From: Eledone cirrhosa
Lineage: Eukaryota
Reading direction: 5' to 3'
NCBI GenBank assembly: GCA_964016885.1
Contig: OZ024740.1
Span: forward strand, 206,088,001-206,152,000
Length of the DNA stretch: 64,000 nucleotides
Under the pieces are notes generated by a model. That model made no database searches, was not told where the DNA came from, and worked only from the letters and a program-made list of their open reading frames with translations. Of the stretch, positions 37,217 to 49,600 are shown in pieces. Numbering within the stretch: position 1 is the first letter of the stretch; the number at the start of each line of letters is the position of its first letter. The position numbers and the translations under genes are program-made.

Positions 37217-37317
37217 GCCCCAGTGGCGCAATCGGTCAGCGCGATGTACTTATAGACAGCTTTTGGCGCATAACATTGGAAATGCGGAGGTTGCGAGTTC
37301 GAACCTCACCTGGTGCA
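37217..37317 (+). pseudogene. tRNA-Ile(UAU) unit 4, probably defective
   Basis: Anticodon stem CCGTA changed to ATGTA; acceptor 3' strand CTGGTGC. Confidence 0.7.
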
Positions 37318-37858
37318 GTGTTTATTTTTTTTATATATTGTTCATGAAATGTCAAATTAATCTTACAGACGAAGTATTTTTATGATTTGAAATTACGGTA
37401 AAATTTTAATATTCGTTTTCTTCTTCTTTTCACCAACTTATCCCTGAGAGGGTCGAGGGGCAGAGTCCTCAAACACTCCTTCCAGCGGGTCCTTCCAACT
37501 GATCCAGCTGGATCTCGAAATGAAACCAGCCAAGCTCATGGATTTTATGTAACCAACTTATTTGTGGTCTAGCCCCCGACTCCTGCCGGTTGGTTTTGCC
37601 CGTAAATTCTCTACATAAACTTTAAAGATCTCAAAATAGCATTCTTTCGTTGATTTCGAATATTCTCCATAGTTAAAGTCATTAAAAGTATAATGCTATA
37701 TGTAATAAAGAAACCATTATTATTATAAGTAATGAATAAATAATAGATAAATAAAGAAACCATAATGATATATATAACACATATATTGATAAACATGTGT
37801 ATATCAATATTTTAACAATAATAAAGACTAATGTTAAAAGGTCAGTGTTAGTATAGCC

Positions 37859-37950
37859 GCCCGCATAGCTCAGTCGGTAGAGCATCAGACTTTTATGATC
37901 TATTCTGTGAAGGTATCTGAGGGTCGCGGGTTCAAGTCCCTCTGCGGGCG
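37859..37950 (+). tRNA. tRNA-Lys(UUU) with intron, unit 4
   Basis: Exons identical to unit 1; first intron base C>T. Confidence 0.9.
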
Positions 37951-39054
37951 AACTAGATATTTTGCGGTTTCTTTTTTTTAATGTAACTTATTAAATATTT
38001 GTTTCATCTATGAAGTTTTCCATATCAGACCCGTATCTTTATAAATCATGCTCATCCAGAACTATATAATATCGGCACACACCACCCCTCGTCTAGCGTG
38101 TCTCAATCTAAGATACCACACTCTACTTTTCCTCCAACTCCTAAATTGTGGGCTTCTGGAATTTTCCATATCCCCTGCTCGAAACTGACCATCAGTCAAC
38201 CACATCTACTCTCGGGGCCCATATAGTAGAGGGTGTTGGAATAAATGGTGGGTGTGGAAAATCGGTAACTTTTCTAGGTTGTCTCCGTTCATTTATTTAA
38301 AAACAAGAATTAGTCGTTTAGTTTACATATTCAGACCCCAACTGGTCCTATTTATTATATAAATTATTGGATTTCTAGTAATATACATTATTTTTCTCAT
38401 GTATAACGTTTTTTTAATGTATAAAGAAAATTAGTTATTGCAGGAATGTTACCAATTAAAATAAAATTTCGCCGGAGATAGATTAGCAAAATTTAATAAG
38501 TGGTTGGTGGGCTGGAAAAAACCAGAAAAATTAGTAGGGGGAGGGCATATTATTGGAGACCCGGGAGTATCTAATCTGACTAAGAAGTGCCATTGTCATT
38601 TTTCCTCAGATTAACATACCGTAGTTATCAAAATACTTACAAGTTGAGAAAAAAGGTTTGGGGGTGTAACATTACCCGATAGGGTGTGTAGCTCAGAGAT
38701 CAGGGTGTCGTTCAAGATAGAACCGTTACTTCTTCACATCGAGATATCACAGTTCTGGTAATATGGTCATGTGGTTAGAATGACTCGGGGTAAAAATTGC
38801 AGAACAGGTTTTTACAGATAAAGTCAACCTTCATGACACAGGGAAAGACTACAAGCAAGATGGTTGGATAACATCTATGAGCTCAGTTGGTCTCGCTTGG
38901 AGATGCAACCGGTTTAATTGGAGACGGTTGCTTCTGATATGACACAATGGGAGGCATATCTGAGGACTTTGACCCCACGACACTCCCACCACCCAGTGAA
39001 GAAGAAGAAGAAGAAGAAGAAGAAGAAGAAGAAGAAGAAGAAGAAGAAGAAGAA

Positions 39055-39092
<38 letters not shown>

Positions 39093-39127
39093 AGAAGAAG
39101 AAGAAGAAGAAGAAGAAGAAGAAGAAG

Positions 39128-39158
<31 letters not shown>

Positions 39159-39198
39159 GGAAGAAGAAGAAGAAGAAGAAGAAGAAGAAGAAGAAGAA

Positions 39199-39233
<35 letters not shown>

Positions 39234-39309
39234 AGAAGGAGAAGAAGAAGAAGAAGAAGAAGAAGAAGAAGAAGAAGAAGAAGAAGAAGAAGAAGAAGAA
39301 GAAGAAGAA

Positions 39310-39344
<35 letters not shown>

Positions 39345-39463
39345 AGAAGAAGAAGAAGAAGAAGAAGAAGAAGAAGAAGAAGAAGAAGAAGAAGAAGAAG
39401 AAGAAGAAGAAGCTATAAATGTTTACAGATTGTCTTCTTTTCGATAAACAGATATTGGCCAGA

Positions 39464-39564
39464 GCCCCAGTGGCGCAATCGGTCAGCGCGCCGTACTTAT
39501 AGACATCATTTGGCGCATAACATTGGAAATGCGGAGGTTGCGAGTTCGAACCTCACCTGGGGCA
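39464..39564 (+). tRNA. tRNA-Ile(UAU) with intron, unit 5
   Basis: Identical to the unit 1 copy, including the intron gacatcatttggcgcataacattggaa. Confidence 0.9.
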
Positions 39565-40106
39565 GTGTATATTTTTTTCGTATATTGTTCATGAAATGTC
39601 AAATTAAACTTACAGACGAAGTATTTTTATGATTTGAAATTACGGTAAAATTTTAATATTCTTTTTCTTCTTCTTTTCACCAACTTATCCCTGAGAGGGT
39701 CGAGGGGCAGAGTCCTCAAACACTCCTTCCAGCGGGTCCTTCCAACTGATCCAGCTGGATCTCCAAATGAAACCAGCCAAGCTCATGGATTTTATGTAAC
39801 CAACTTATTTGTGGTCTAGCCCCCGGACTCCTGCCGGTTGGTTTTGCCCGTAAATTCTCTTCATAAACTTTAAAGATCTCAAAATAGCATTCTTTCGTTG
39901 TTTTCGAATTTGCTCCATGGTTAAAGTCATTAAAAGTATAATGCTATATGTAATAAAGAAACCATTATTATTATAAGTAATGAATAAATAATAGATAAAT
40001 AAAGAAACCATAATGATATATATAATACATATATTGATAAACATGTGTATATCAATATTTTAACAATAATAAAGACTAATGTTAAAAGCTCAGTGTTAGT
40101 ATCGCC

Positions 40107-40198
40107 GCCCGCATAGCTCAGTCGGTAGAGCATCAGACTTTTACGTTCTATTCTGTGAAGGTATCTGAGGGTCGCGGGTTCAAGTCCCTCTGCGGGCG
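40107..40198 (+). tRNA. tRNA-Lys(UUU) with intron, unit 5
   Basis: Exons identical to unit 1; one intron substitution. Confidence 0.9.
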
Positions 40199-40406
40199 AA
40201 CTAGATATTTTGCGGTTTCTTTATTTTAATGTAATTTATTAAATATTTGTTTCACCTATGAAGTTTTCCATATCAGACCCGTATCTTTATAAATCATGCT
40301 CATCCAGAACTATATAATATCGGCACACACCACCCCTCGTCTAGCGTGTCTCAATCTAAGATACCACACTAAACACTCTACTTTTCCTCCAACTCCTAAA
40401 TTGTGG

Positions 40407-40465
40407 GCTTTTGGCGCATAACATTGGAAATGCGGAGGTTGTGAGTTCAAACCTCACCTGGGGCA
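40407..40465 (+). pseudogene. 3' half of tRNA-Ile(UAU) (part of intron plus exon 2)
   Basis: gcttttggcgcataacattggaa-ATGCGGAGGTTGTGAGTTCAAACCTCACCTGGGGCA fused to spacer sequence; 5' exon deleted. Confidence 0.85.
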
Positions 40466-41029
40466 GTGTGTATTTTTTTATATATTGTTCATGAAATGTC
40501 AAATTAATCTTACAGACGAAGTATTTTTATGATTTGAAATTACGGTAAAATTTTAATATTCTTTTTCTTCTTCACCCATTTATTCGTAAGAGGGTCGAGG
40601 TGCCAGAGTCCTCAAACACTCCTTCCAGCGGGTCCTCTCAGAAGCAACCATGTCTAACTGATCCAGCTGGAACTCCAAATGAGACCAGCCAAGCTCATGG
40701 ATTTTCTGCAACCATCTTGTTTGTGGTCCCCCCCCCCCCCCCCCCCGCGGTCTCCTGCCATTTGGGGTTGTCCATAAAATCACTTCAAATGTTTTAAGGA
40801 TCTTAAAATAACATTTTTTCGATGTTTTCGTTGTTGCTCCATGGTTAAAGTCATTTAAAGTTAAATGATATATATGTAATAAAGAAACCATTATTTTTAT
40901 AATAATAAATAATAGATAAATAAAGAAACCATAATGATATATGTAATACTTATATCATTAAACAGAGGTTTATCAATATTTTAACAATAATAAAGACTAA
41001 TGTTAAAATGTCAATATTAATATTGAAAT

Positions 41030-41850
41030 CAAGATGAGAGTCCTGCGCTCATATTTGGAGCTATTGGCCTGGAGACCCCGAGAGCCAAGCTTTTCAACCA
41101 TTTTGTTAGCAGTGGTGAGAATCCTATCTGGAAGTCGCCCCAAACAAGCGTCATCAAGATACCAAACGTTGAGGTTCCTGGTGATGTCATCAATTCCCAG
41201 TGCAAATAGAGCGAGTCCAAGTGGTTCACCATGTTGAACTCCTGAGGCAGAGGTGATAATTTGGTCTTCACAAGATAGGTAGGATGGCTCCTGATAAGCC
41301 TGCCAAGCAAATGCGTAGAGTTGTGGGACCTTCTCTCTTACTGAGCTGAGGACGACATTATGGCTGAAGGAGTTGAAGGCATTCTTGCGGTCAAGTTTGA
41401 GGATGGCCCTGGGGGAGGATACATGGAGGGAAAGTTGGTAAAGGCTCTGGTAGTGTAGGCAGCCGCGTCACATCCCAGCTTGGTACCCACCCCTAGCTGG
41501 ATGGGCGAAAATTCCTCCGACAGTGAGTCAGAGACCGATAGCAAACACATTTTCGCAGTAAGACAATGAAGGGTACAACCAACCGCAATGAGGCACAGGT
41601 ATCCGTTGGACTTTGTGAGTCCGAATAATTCCGCACCGAAGAACAATGAACGGATATAGGGGAGAACATTCTCTGAAGAGAACTGATTCACAAACTGAGC
41701 CAAACTCTCTAAGAGCTTGGGCTCGTCATCACCAACCGATAAGGAGATGCCATCCTTTAGATGCTGAAGTCGTAGACCGTCAATCCTCGCACCAGAGCCT
41801 GCGGGGAAGGATGCAATGCCTTTCTGGTATTATCAGTGGTGTAGACCGGT
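41030..41850 (-). mobile_element. Degenerate CRE-clade-like non-LTR retrotransposon RT (relic may extend to ~42600)
   Basis: Frameshifted RT motifs: IAVGCTLHCLTAK, PIQLGVGTKLGC, LKLDRKNAFNS, GVQHGEPLGLALFAL, VWYLDD, GLQANSSKYE. Confidence 0.75.
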
Positions 41851-42920
41851 CTCGAGTATTTTGGTGGTTCGGGCCAGTGTAGCTGATCATCCGGGAGGGG
41901 GGGGGGGCATGGTTGCTTCTCTTTCAGTTGCTCGAAAGAATCGGAGTTACACGGTGCGAGGGAGGAAAGAAAAGAAAGGAGACGGACAGCCCCTTTAATG
42001 TCAAATTTGTTGATTTTGTCCTTAACAGCATGTTTATCGGTTGATAGGCACTGAGCTGGGTTTCAAACTGAGATGAGAAATGGTTGGGGTGGACTCAAAC
42101 AGTTGGAACTGTTGCTTGAGAGAAGATGTGAGGGCCAAATTTCGAATTGTGCACTTGAGAGAGATGAGAGGGAACAAAAACAGTTTCGGCCAGTCAGGCG
42201 CATTGTTGGAAAAACAAATTGGAAAGGGCACGTGCAAAGCTATTCCGAGCCCCCCTAGGGATCCAGTTGATGAGCTTCGATTTTGATAAACCCTGAAAGA
42301 CTGCGTAAAAGTCCTCGGTAGAGAGCTGGTCATCGAAGTGCGGGACATCTCCACAGAGTACATGGAAGCTAAAGTGACACTGGTTACAGGTCCAGTATTG
42401 AAGTGTTTCGGCTTGAGCCTTGGTGATTCCGACGTAGCTCCTGTGATAGCTTTGGCAACACAGGTGACATTGTCTTCAGGTACCGGCTAGTGCGGGCTCA
42501 GAGAGCACAATCTGGTGGTGAGCTGGTAGCGACCTACTGTAGAGAGCCAGCATTGGAATTCGGGCGAGGGAGTGAACTAGCAATAGAGGCAGGGTAAACA
42601 GCATTAGTTCTGACGGTGGGACTAGAAATTCAATCTGTATTACAAAAATCGTTTAGTCCACAGAAATGTTTTCAATTCCCTTGATTCATTTCATATTTGG
42701 TGATGTTTCAAAAAAACAATTACGACACCTTTGGGTGGGTGGGGAAGCTGTGCCGCAGACACCAAGATTCTTGTTATTGTTGGCTGTTCACCTTACCAAT
42801 GTATCATGTGATACCCACGTGGAAGCTTGGTTATTCCAACATCTTTGCCTGTCAACCGTGGTAAACCTGCATATGTGTTGGTTTGCTTAAAATATATTAG
42901 AGAGAAATCAATTAAACAGA

Positions 42921-43021
42921 ACCCCAGAGGCGCAATCGGTTAAGGCGCTGTACTTATCGACAGCATTTGGTGCAACACGTTAGAAATGCGGAGGTTGTGA
43001 GTTCAAACCTCACCTGGGGTA
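42921..43021 (+). pseudogene. Diverged orphan tRNA-Ile(UAU) with intron
   Basis: Acceptor ACCCCAG/CTGGGGT-A; U8>A, D stem broken, A37>C; 3' flank homologous to the array units. Confidence 0.8.
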
Positions 43022-43914
43022 GTGTGTATTTTTTTTATATATTATTCATGAAATGTCGAATTAATCTTAAAGATTAAGTATTTTTATGATTTGAAACTCG
43101 GGTAAAATTTTGATATTAAAATTGAAATTAAAATTCAATTTGAAATAGAATATCTTTTTAAAATTTTACCAGGGCGGGATTAACCTATAACGGAATACTC
43201 CTATGTTTTACCGGCGAAGATTCGAAACCGAATCTGAGGTTTCTCGCCTCTGGGACAATCTATCGTTGGAGGTTCCAACCATTGTCTTGTCAAAAGACAA
43301 CAATGATTAACGTACATACTACTTGACCTGTGACCCCAGCCACCTGGGAGACGATATCCACATGGTTGTCCATAAATCAACTCATATACACATCCTTCTA
43401 GCTTAAGGTTATTATAAAAACAAGGACTTAGGAAACCCAACACAGACCCGAAGCCGCTGTCAGTGAGAGATAACCATGTAGGCATCAGCAGACCTTTTAC
43501 CCTTCCTCTCTCCTGGTCCTCACGTGGCCCTCACCTTCTCGGTCACAGACACAGCCAGACATGAAGCAGCAGTCCTTGAGACGAATAATGTAATTCTAAG
43601 AATAGACACACACACATAGTAAGTCCATATTGTTTACATTCTCCGCTCATTCTATTCTTCCGTCTCACTGTGATATTGTAACGTCGAACTGATACATGCA
43701 TGCACGCTAGCCAGCAAATTAATGTAGGGATAAATTCTGTCACATATTGTTATTGTAAAATAAACGTTAACAACACAATCCTGGCATTATTCTTTTCATC
43801 AAACACCCATCAAAGAATAACATTTTATCCACTACAAACCAGTAAGGAAAATAAACACAGGCTTAGGGCATCAAGGGGAAAGGGGCACAATTTTATTCAA
43901 ATTAAATTTATTCC

Positions 43915-43962
<48 letters not shown>

Positions 43963-44052
43963 ATATATCCAAAAATATACGGTATGTTTAATAAATAAAC
44001 ATTTTCAAAGCTCAGCTATGAATAGAAGGCTGACGGCCAGTTCCGTCTAGCA

Positions 44053-46607
44053 CAAAGGTTCTCAACGGGGGGGGGGGGCATATGCACCACCAGGGGGCGT
44101 TTTGGAACTCCGGGGGGGGGGGCGTTTGGGAGCAAGGGGGCATTATGGGGGCGTTTGGAGCTTTGGAGTGCACTGGAAGGCTCTTTACTTTGGTAAGTTT
44201 TATAAGCCATATTTCTATGTCTTTGAGACAGCCAGTGTGAATGCATTTGAATGAGCATGCAGACAGCATAACTATAGTCTGGCCGCAGCTGTGAGCAGGT
44301 GTGTAGGCGTGTTTAGACATTACCCGGCAATTGAGATCCTAACAATGGAAAAACCCACAGTCAACTGGGTCAAGGACACTTCAAGCGCAGCCAGTTAGAA
44401 TCTTGTCTTTCCTTCACCGATAACAATGTATTTCATGTCTGAAATTATTGACTCAACCGTAACGAGTTAACACTATGTAGATCTGTTTTATTTCCTATTG
44501 TATAAATAATATTACAAATAAAAAAAATAAAAAATAATCCCATAAGCGGGTAGCACACACAACTAGGACCACATACAACACATAAGCAGGTAATACACAC
44601 ATCTAGGACCACATGCAACACATAAGGAGGTAGCACACACATCTGAGACCACATTCAACATACAGGCAAGTAATACATACATTTAGGACCACATACAACA
44701 CATAAGCAGGTAATACAAACATCTAGGACCACATACAACACATAAGCAGGTAATACAAACATCTAGGACCACATACAACACATAATCAGGTAATACATAC
44801 ATCTAGGACCACATGCAATACATAGCAGGTAATACATACATCTAGGACTACCTACAACACACAGGCAGGTAATACATACATCTAGGACCACATACAACAC
44901 ACATTGTATCATGTGCTACGGACGACGCAAGAGCAATGGTCGGCCAACATAGGGGTTTCGTCACTCTTCTGAAGAGAGAAAATCTATCTGTATTTGTTGT
45001 TCATTGTGTCATTCATTGACAACACTTGGCTGTGAAGAAACTCAGCGAGCCGCTGAGCAAGTCCTTGCAGGTGGCCCCTAATGTCATCAATTTTATCAAA
45101 CGGCATTCCCTCAATGAACGAATTTTCCGGCAACTGTGCCATGATAATGATAAAGAATTCGTCAAGTTGCTCCTTCATACTGAAGTGAGGTGGCTTTCAA
45201 AGGGCAAGTGCCTTACTCACCTCTTTGAAATGTTCGACTCTATCATTGAGTTTCTGCAAGGACGCAACACAGAACTGTACAAGAAAACCCTCGATATGAG
45301 GCAAAACTGCGCCTACCTCACCGACATCGTTGACAAATGCATTAGTGTCATTTTGGCTTTGCAGGGGAAGAAGATCACCTTGCTTAAACAAGGAATGCTG
45401 TGAAAACATTCCTGGCCAAATTGAATGTCATCGAAAGGAATCTTTGTTGACGGGAATTCTATAATTTTCCTAGTGTCGCCAATGTTCAAAACATTGTAAG
45501 CGATGACCAACCCCAAATTTATACCATTCACCTCCGTGCACTACAAGACAACATGAGAGGATGGTTTGTCGACCTTTTGCCGATGGACATACCAATGTGG
45601 GTATGATTTGGACGTTATATTTCAGGAAGAATTCATTGAACTTCAAGCAGATGACATGATCAAAATTAGATTTCCCAAAATAGGTGAACCCCTTTTTTGG
45701 ATGCAAGAGGAAATTCAGCGTCGATTTCCACACCTACATGCAGAGGCTAAGAGATTTGCTCTGCCTTTTCCAAGCTCATACTTAGTCAAGAGGAGGTTTG
45801 GTGCTGTTTCCAGACTGCACAGTAAGGCTCACAACCGCTACAATGTAATTACACATGGAGATCTCCGGCTACATCTTACGAAAATCCAGCCTGACGTCAA
45901 AGAGTTAGCTAGACTCCATGAAGTTCAAGGGTCCCATTGAAATGAGGTCAAAGTTAAAGTAAGTTGATTTATCCTAAAACTTAGATAAGCTATTGTTACA
46001 AAGAAAACTAACAATTTTTTTTATTTGTAGTTGCAGTCTGACTGGACTGGAAACCATCTACTACAATTCACTTACTCATTTGTTGTATATATTTTATCAT
46101 TTACTAATAAATATACCCGCCCGCGCGGTCATGAAAACCCTCTTCCATGGTCTCTAAGCTCACAAAGCAGAGGGGACATCAAGTTAGATATCAACATTTA
46201 TTCTGTCCGTTTCATTAAAGGGAAAATTGGAAAGCTTTGAAATGATATAATTGCCACTTTCTTCCAGATAAGAGCACTCTTTGGATAGAGTTGCTCTTGT
46301 ATAAAGGTTCAAAATAGCTGGTATCGCCTGGTGGGAATATAACAAATTCCACTGGTCCTTATTCATAAAAAAGAACATTTATGTTCCTTTTTTTTGAAAT
46401 TTATATATTTCCTTTCAAGGAATGTATTTATACTCTCAGCTGCCTGCAATGGTATCTTTGGAATATTGTTAATCAATTTTTTAGTAATCTACAGATATCA
46501 AAATCAGTAGTATATTGAAAAATGGAAAAATGGGGGGGGGGGGGGGGCGTTTCGTGATTTCGAGGGACAAAAGGGGCCATTTGGCCTAAATGGGTTGAGA
46601 ACCTGTG
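44053..46607 (+). mobile_element. hAT (Buster/Charlie-type) DNA transposon, internally deleted and degenerate
   Basis: TIRs ca(a/c)aggttctcaac; perfect 8-bp TSD GTCTAGCA (44045-44052 and 46608-46615); transposase remnants at ~44910-45940 (TDDARAMVG, IHCVIH, LLLHTEVRWLSKGK, FPSSYLV). Confidence 0.92.
44545..44903 (+). repeat. ~39-bp minisatellite (~9 copies) inside the hAT element
   Basis: Unit acatctaggaccacatacaacacataagcaggtaatac(a/t)a. Confidence 0.9.
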
Positions 46608-49600
46608 GTCTAGCAGATTCCAGCAGAAGCAGCAGAGGATTTCACACTCTCTAGTTGGCCAGTTTCTCTAGACTAAACATCAATGAGCTTAAAAGTCAAT
46701 ATGCTTAAAGGTCAATATGTGGTTACACTGCCCTACTTTACCAATATCGACACCAGAGTTCAAACTACTGTTACACAGACACACACATATATGTATATAT
46801 ATATATATAAGCAAAAAGAATATTTAATTTGTTGGTAATTCAACAAATATATGTTTATAACTGATTCGAAGCACTCGACAGATTTTTTGGAGTATAATAT
46901 TCAACAGGAAAAACTTGAACTGTTAAGATCTTCTTCCTGGATATGTCAATATTTATAAAACAAACTTTGTATTTTATTTGATGAGAGCATACCAAAGTTT
47001 TGGTGCCCTTGAAATATATATAATAGAATAAATATGTTTTATAAATATAGTTTCCATTTAATATCATTGTGTATATATATATAAAGGTGGAGAATTGGCA
47101 GAATCATTAGGGCTTCAGATTAACGATGTCATGGTAATTGTTCTGGTTCATGGCACTGTGAATTCAACCCTCAAGATCAACTTTGTCTTTATCCTTCAGA
47201 AGTCGATAAAATAAAGCACCAGCGAAGTACTTGGGTCAATTTCTCCAACCTGAAAATTGCTGACTTTGTGCCTAATTTAGAAACCTATACATGCTAGGAT
47301 GGAGAATTGCTAGGCTGGCTAATAAAATGACATTCTTCCTTTCAAGGTCATTAAAGAAGTATCAGTTTAGTACTGAGATCAATTCTTCATCTATATCTTT
47401 CTCACTTGATCTCTTTCATTCTCTCTCCGTCACTGGAAGAACACAGCTGTATTCAGACCAGGACATATATGTATAGCGGTAATGGTAGCTGATTAGTGTA
47501 TAGGGAGAGGGAGCATAGTGGTGTTGGGGATGTAGTTGACAGAGAGGGGGTCGTGATGGAGAGTAAGATAAGGGGGTACGGGATGTTAGTGGATGAGGAA
47601 CAATGGGTAGTGAGTATCTCTATGGTGGAATGGTGAGGATATCTAAGGTCTTTAGAGGGGGTAGTAGTTAAGGAGTGGTTCTGGAGCGATCATGGGTGGT
47701 GGGTGCAGTAGTGGTGAGGATAGATAGTGGGGCATGCTTGTGGTAGGGTGGGGGAGGGGCTCATGGATGGGTCAGGTTATGTTGTGTTTCTGGCTAGGTC
47801 TTCATAGCGCCAGCCATCTCAATCCTTTATCATCTCAGTTGTGAGGCTTAGTTTCTTAAGGTGTCTCTTCCTTACCTCATCCCATGTCTTCCTAGGTCTG
47901 CCTTTTCTTCGGGTTCCAGCCTCTGGGATTGTTCTGCATTTCTTTATGCAGCTGCTATCCTCCATACACATCGCATGTCCATACCACTGCAGTCTTCTCT
48001 CTTGAACATTACATCCAATTCCTCTTATGCCAAGTTATCCTCTCAGTTCACTTATGCTAATAATTCATGTACACTAACATTACACATCCACATACTCACT
48101 TCATTTCTCTCCAGTCTTCTGTGGTTAAGGCCCATGTTTCACTGCCATGTAACATTGCAGTTCACACACAGGCATCATGCAGTCTACCCTTCCCTTGGTG
48201 CAAGAAGCCCTTTGTTGTCAGCAGAGGTATTGGCACTCTAAAAATTTTCCAGCCTATTTTTATCCTGGCTGTCACACTTTCAGTGCATCCTCCCCCAACT
48301 GCTAATTTATATATATACATATATATATCATATCTATATATATGTTATTGTCATGTCTGCTATTCCATGTTTACATCGATAGGATGAGTCTTCTCCAGCA
48401 CAGCTTTCCACCATTTGTCATCTCTATAAGGTTCAGTGTTCTAAGATCACTTCTTATTACTTCTGCCTGAGTTTTCCTTCATCTTACTCTTCTGCTGCTT
48501 TCTTGTCACTTCTTCAGCCATCAGTCATCATCTATACGTATCATAAATTCATAACTATGCTGTCTTGCAAACTACATCTCACTTACTTTCAATAAATCTG
48601 TGTTTTTGGTGTTTGTGCACACTTAGATACAGTAGAATATACTAGATTCATTACTTCCTAACCTTTGTACATTCTTTGCATTCAGAGACATAACTAGGAG
48701 GAAAAGCACCTGTGGCATGCAGTAAAATTGCGCTCCTACCCAAATGTTCCCAGCACTGTATTTTTACCTATGGGCCTAATAATTTACATAACTGGTTTAA
48801 TAATCCAGCCACCATAGTGTTCTCACCCATGATAATCAAAGACAGATCATACATCTGAAGAAGTTTCTTTTCTCACTCTTTGACAATGGCTTATCTGACT
48901 TTAATAGAAAGTGCCCTTAGTCCAGGTGGAACCTATGGAATGTGCTATGCTTGACATGCCCTAGTTATGCCACTGCATTCAATGCCCATGTTTCACTGCC
49001 ATGCAACATAGCACTCCATTGACAAGCATTGTATAATCATTATGTTACTAATATAGTAGCTCCCTGAACTATGTGCAAACCATTCTTTTTCTGGCTACTT
49101 TGCTTTCAGAACACCTAGATAACATAAGCTATTAACTATTTCAGTGGAGCCTTCCTTAGATTGGAAAGAGTTTATTTCACTGAATTTGTTTTGTAACTAC
49201 CTCTACAGTGTATTAATTTTTATTCAGGTATTGCTCTTCTAGATGAATTGCCTTCACAATGGCTTACAGAGTCCACATCCACCCCTCGTTTTGCACATTT
49301 GAATCAATGGTTTAATTGCATTCTGAGAAATTTTTCTTACATCTAAATCCATGAGAGACGTTCATCAATAAACATAATACATTAATTAAAGCCTGTGAAA
49401 TAATCAAATAATTAGTGTTTCTATCTTCTATCTATCTTTTTATCCATCAATATAACACAATTTCTTTCTTCTATCTATTTCTCTCTATGTCCATCTATAG
49501 AACATGATTTCTTTCCAATAAAATGGGCACAAGTGATGTTAGCCATTTGAACACATCAAACTAAGTTTAACCTGTCCAGTGGCAGCTTTTAAACATTTAG

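Larger units (their letters stand above)
29349..41025 (+). repeat. Tandem array of ~2.0-kb tRNA-Ile/tRNA-Lys units (5 full, 1 partial)
   Basis: Landmark ttggatttctagtaatatac recurs at 29349, 32301, 34370, 36411 and 38367; units are colinear and highly similar. Confidence 0.95.

Noticed and set aside
34924-39447. Poly-K/E/F/R/D ORFs
   Set aside because: Translations of (GAA)n/(GAC)n LINE tails.
44545-44903. CRISPR-like regular repeats (also 19430-19640)
   Set aside because: No unique spacers, eukaryotic context, no cas genes; these are simple minisatellites.
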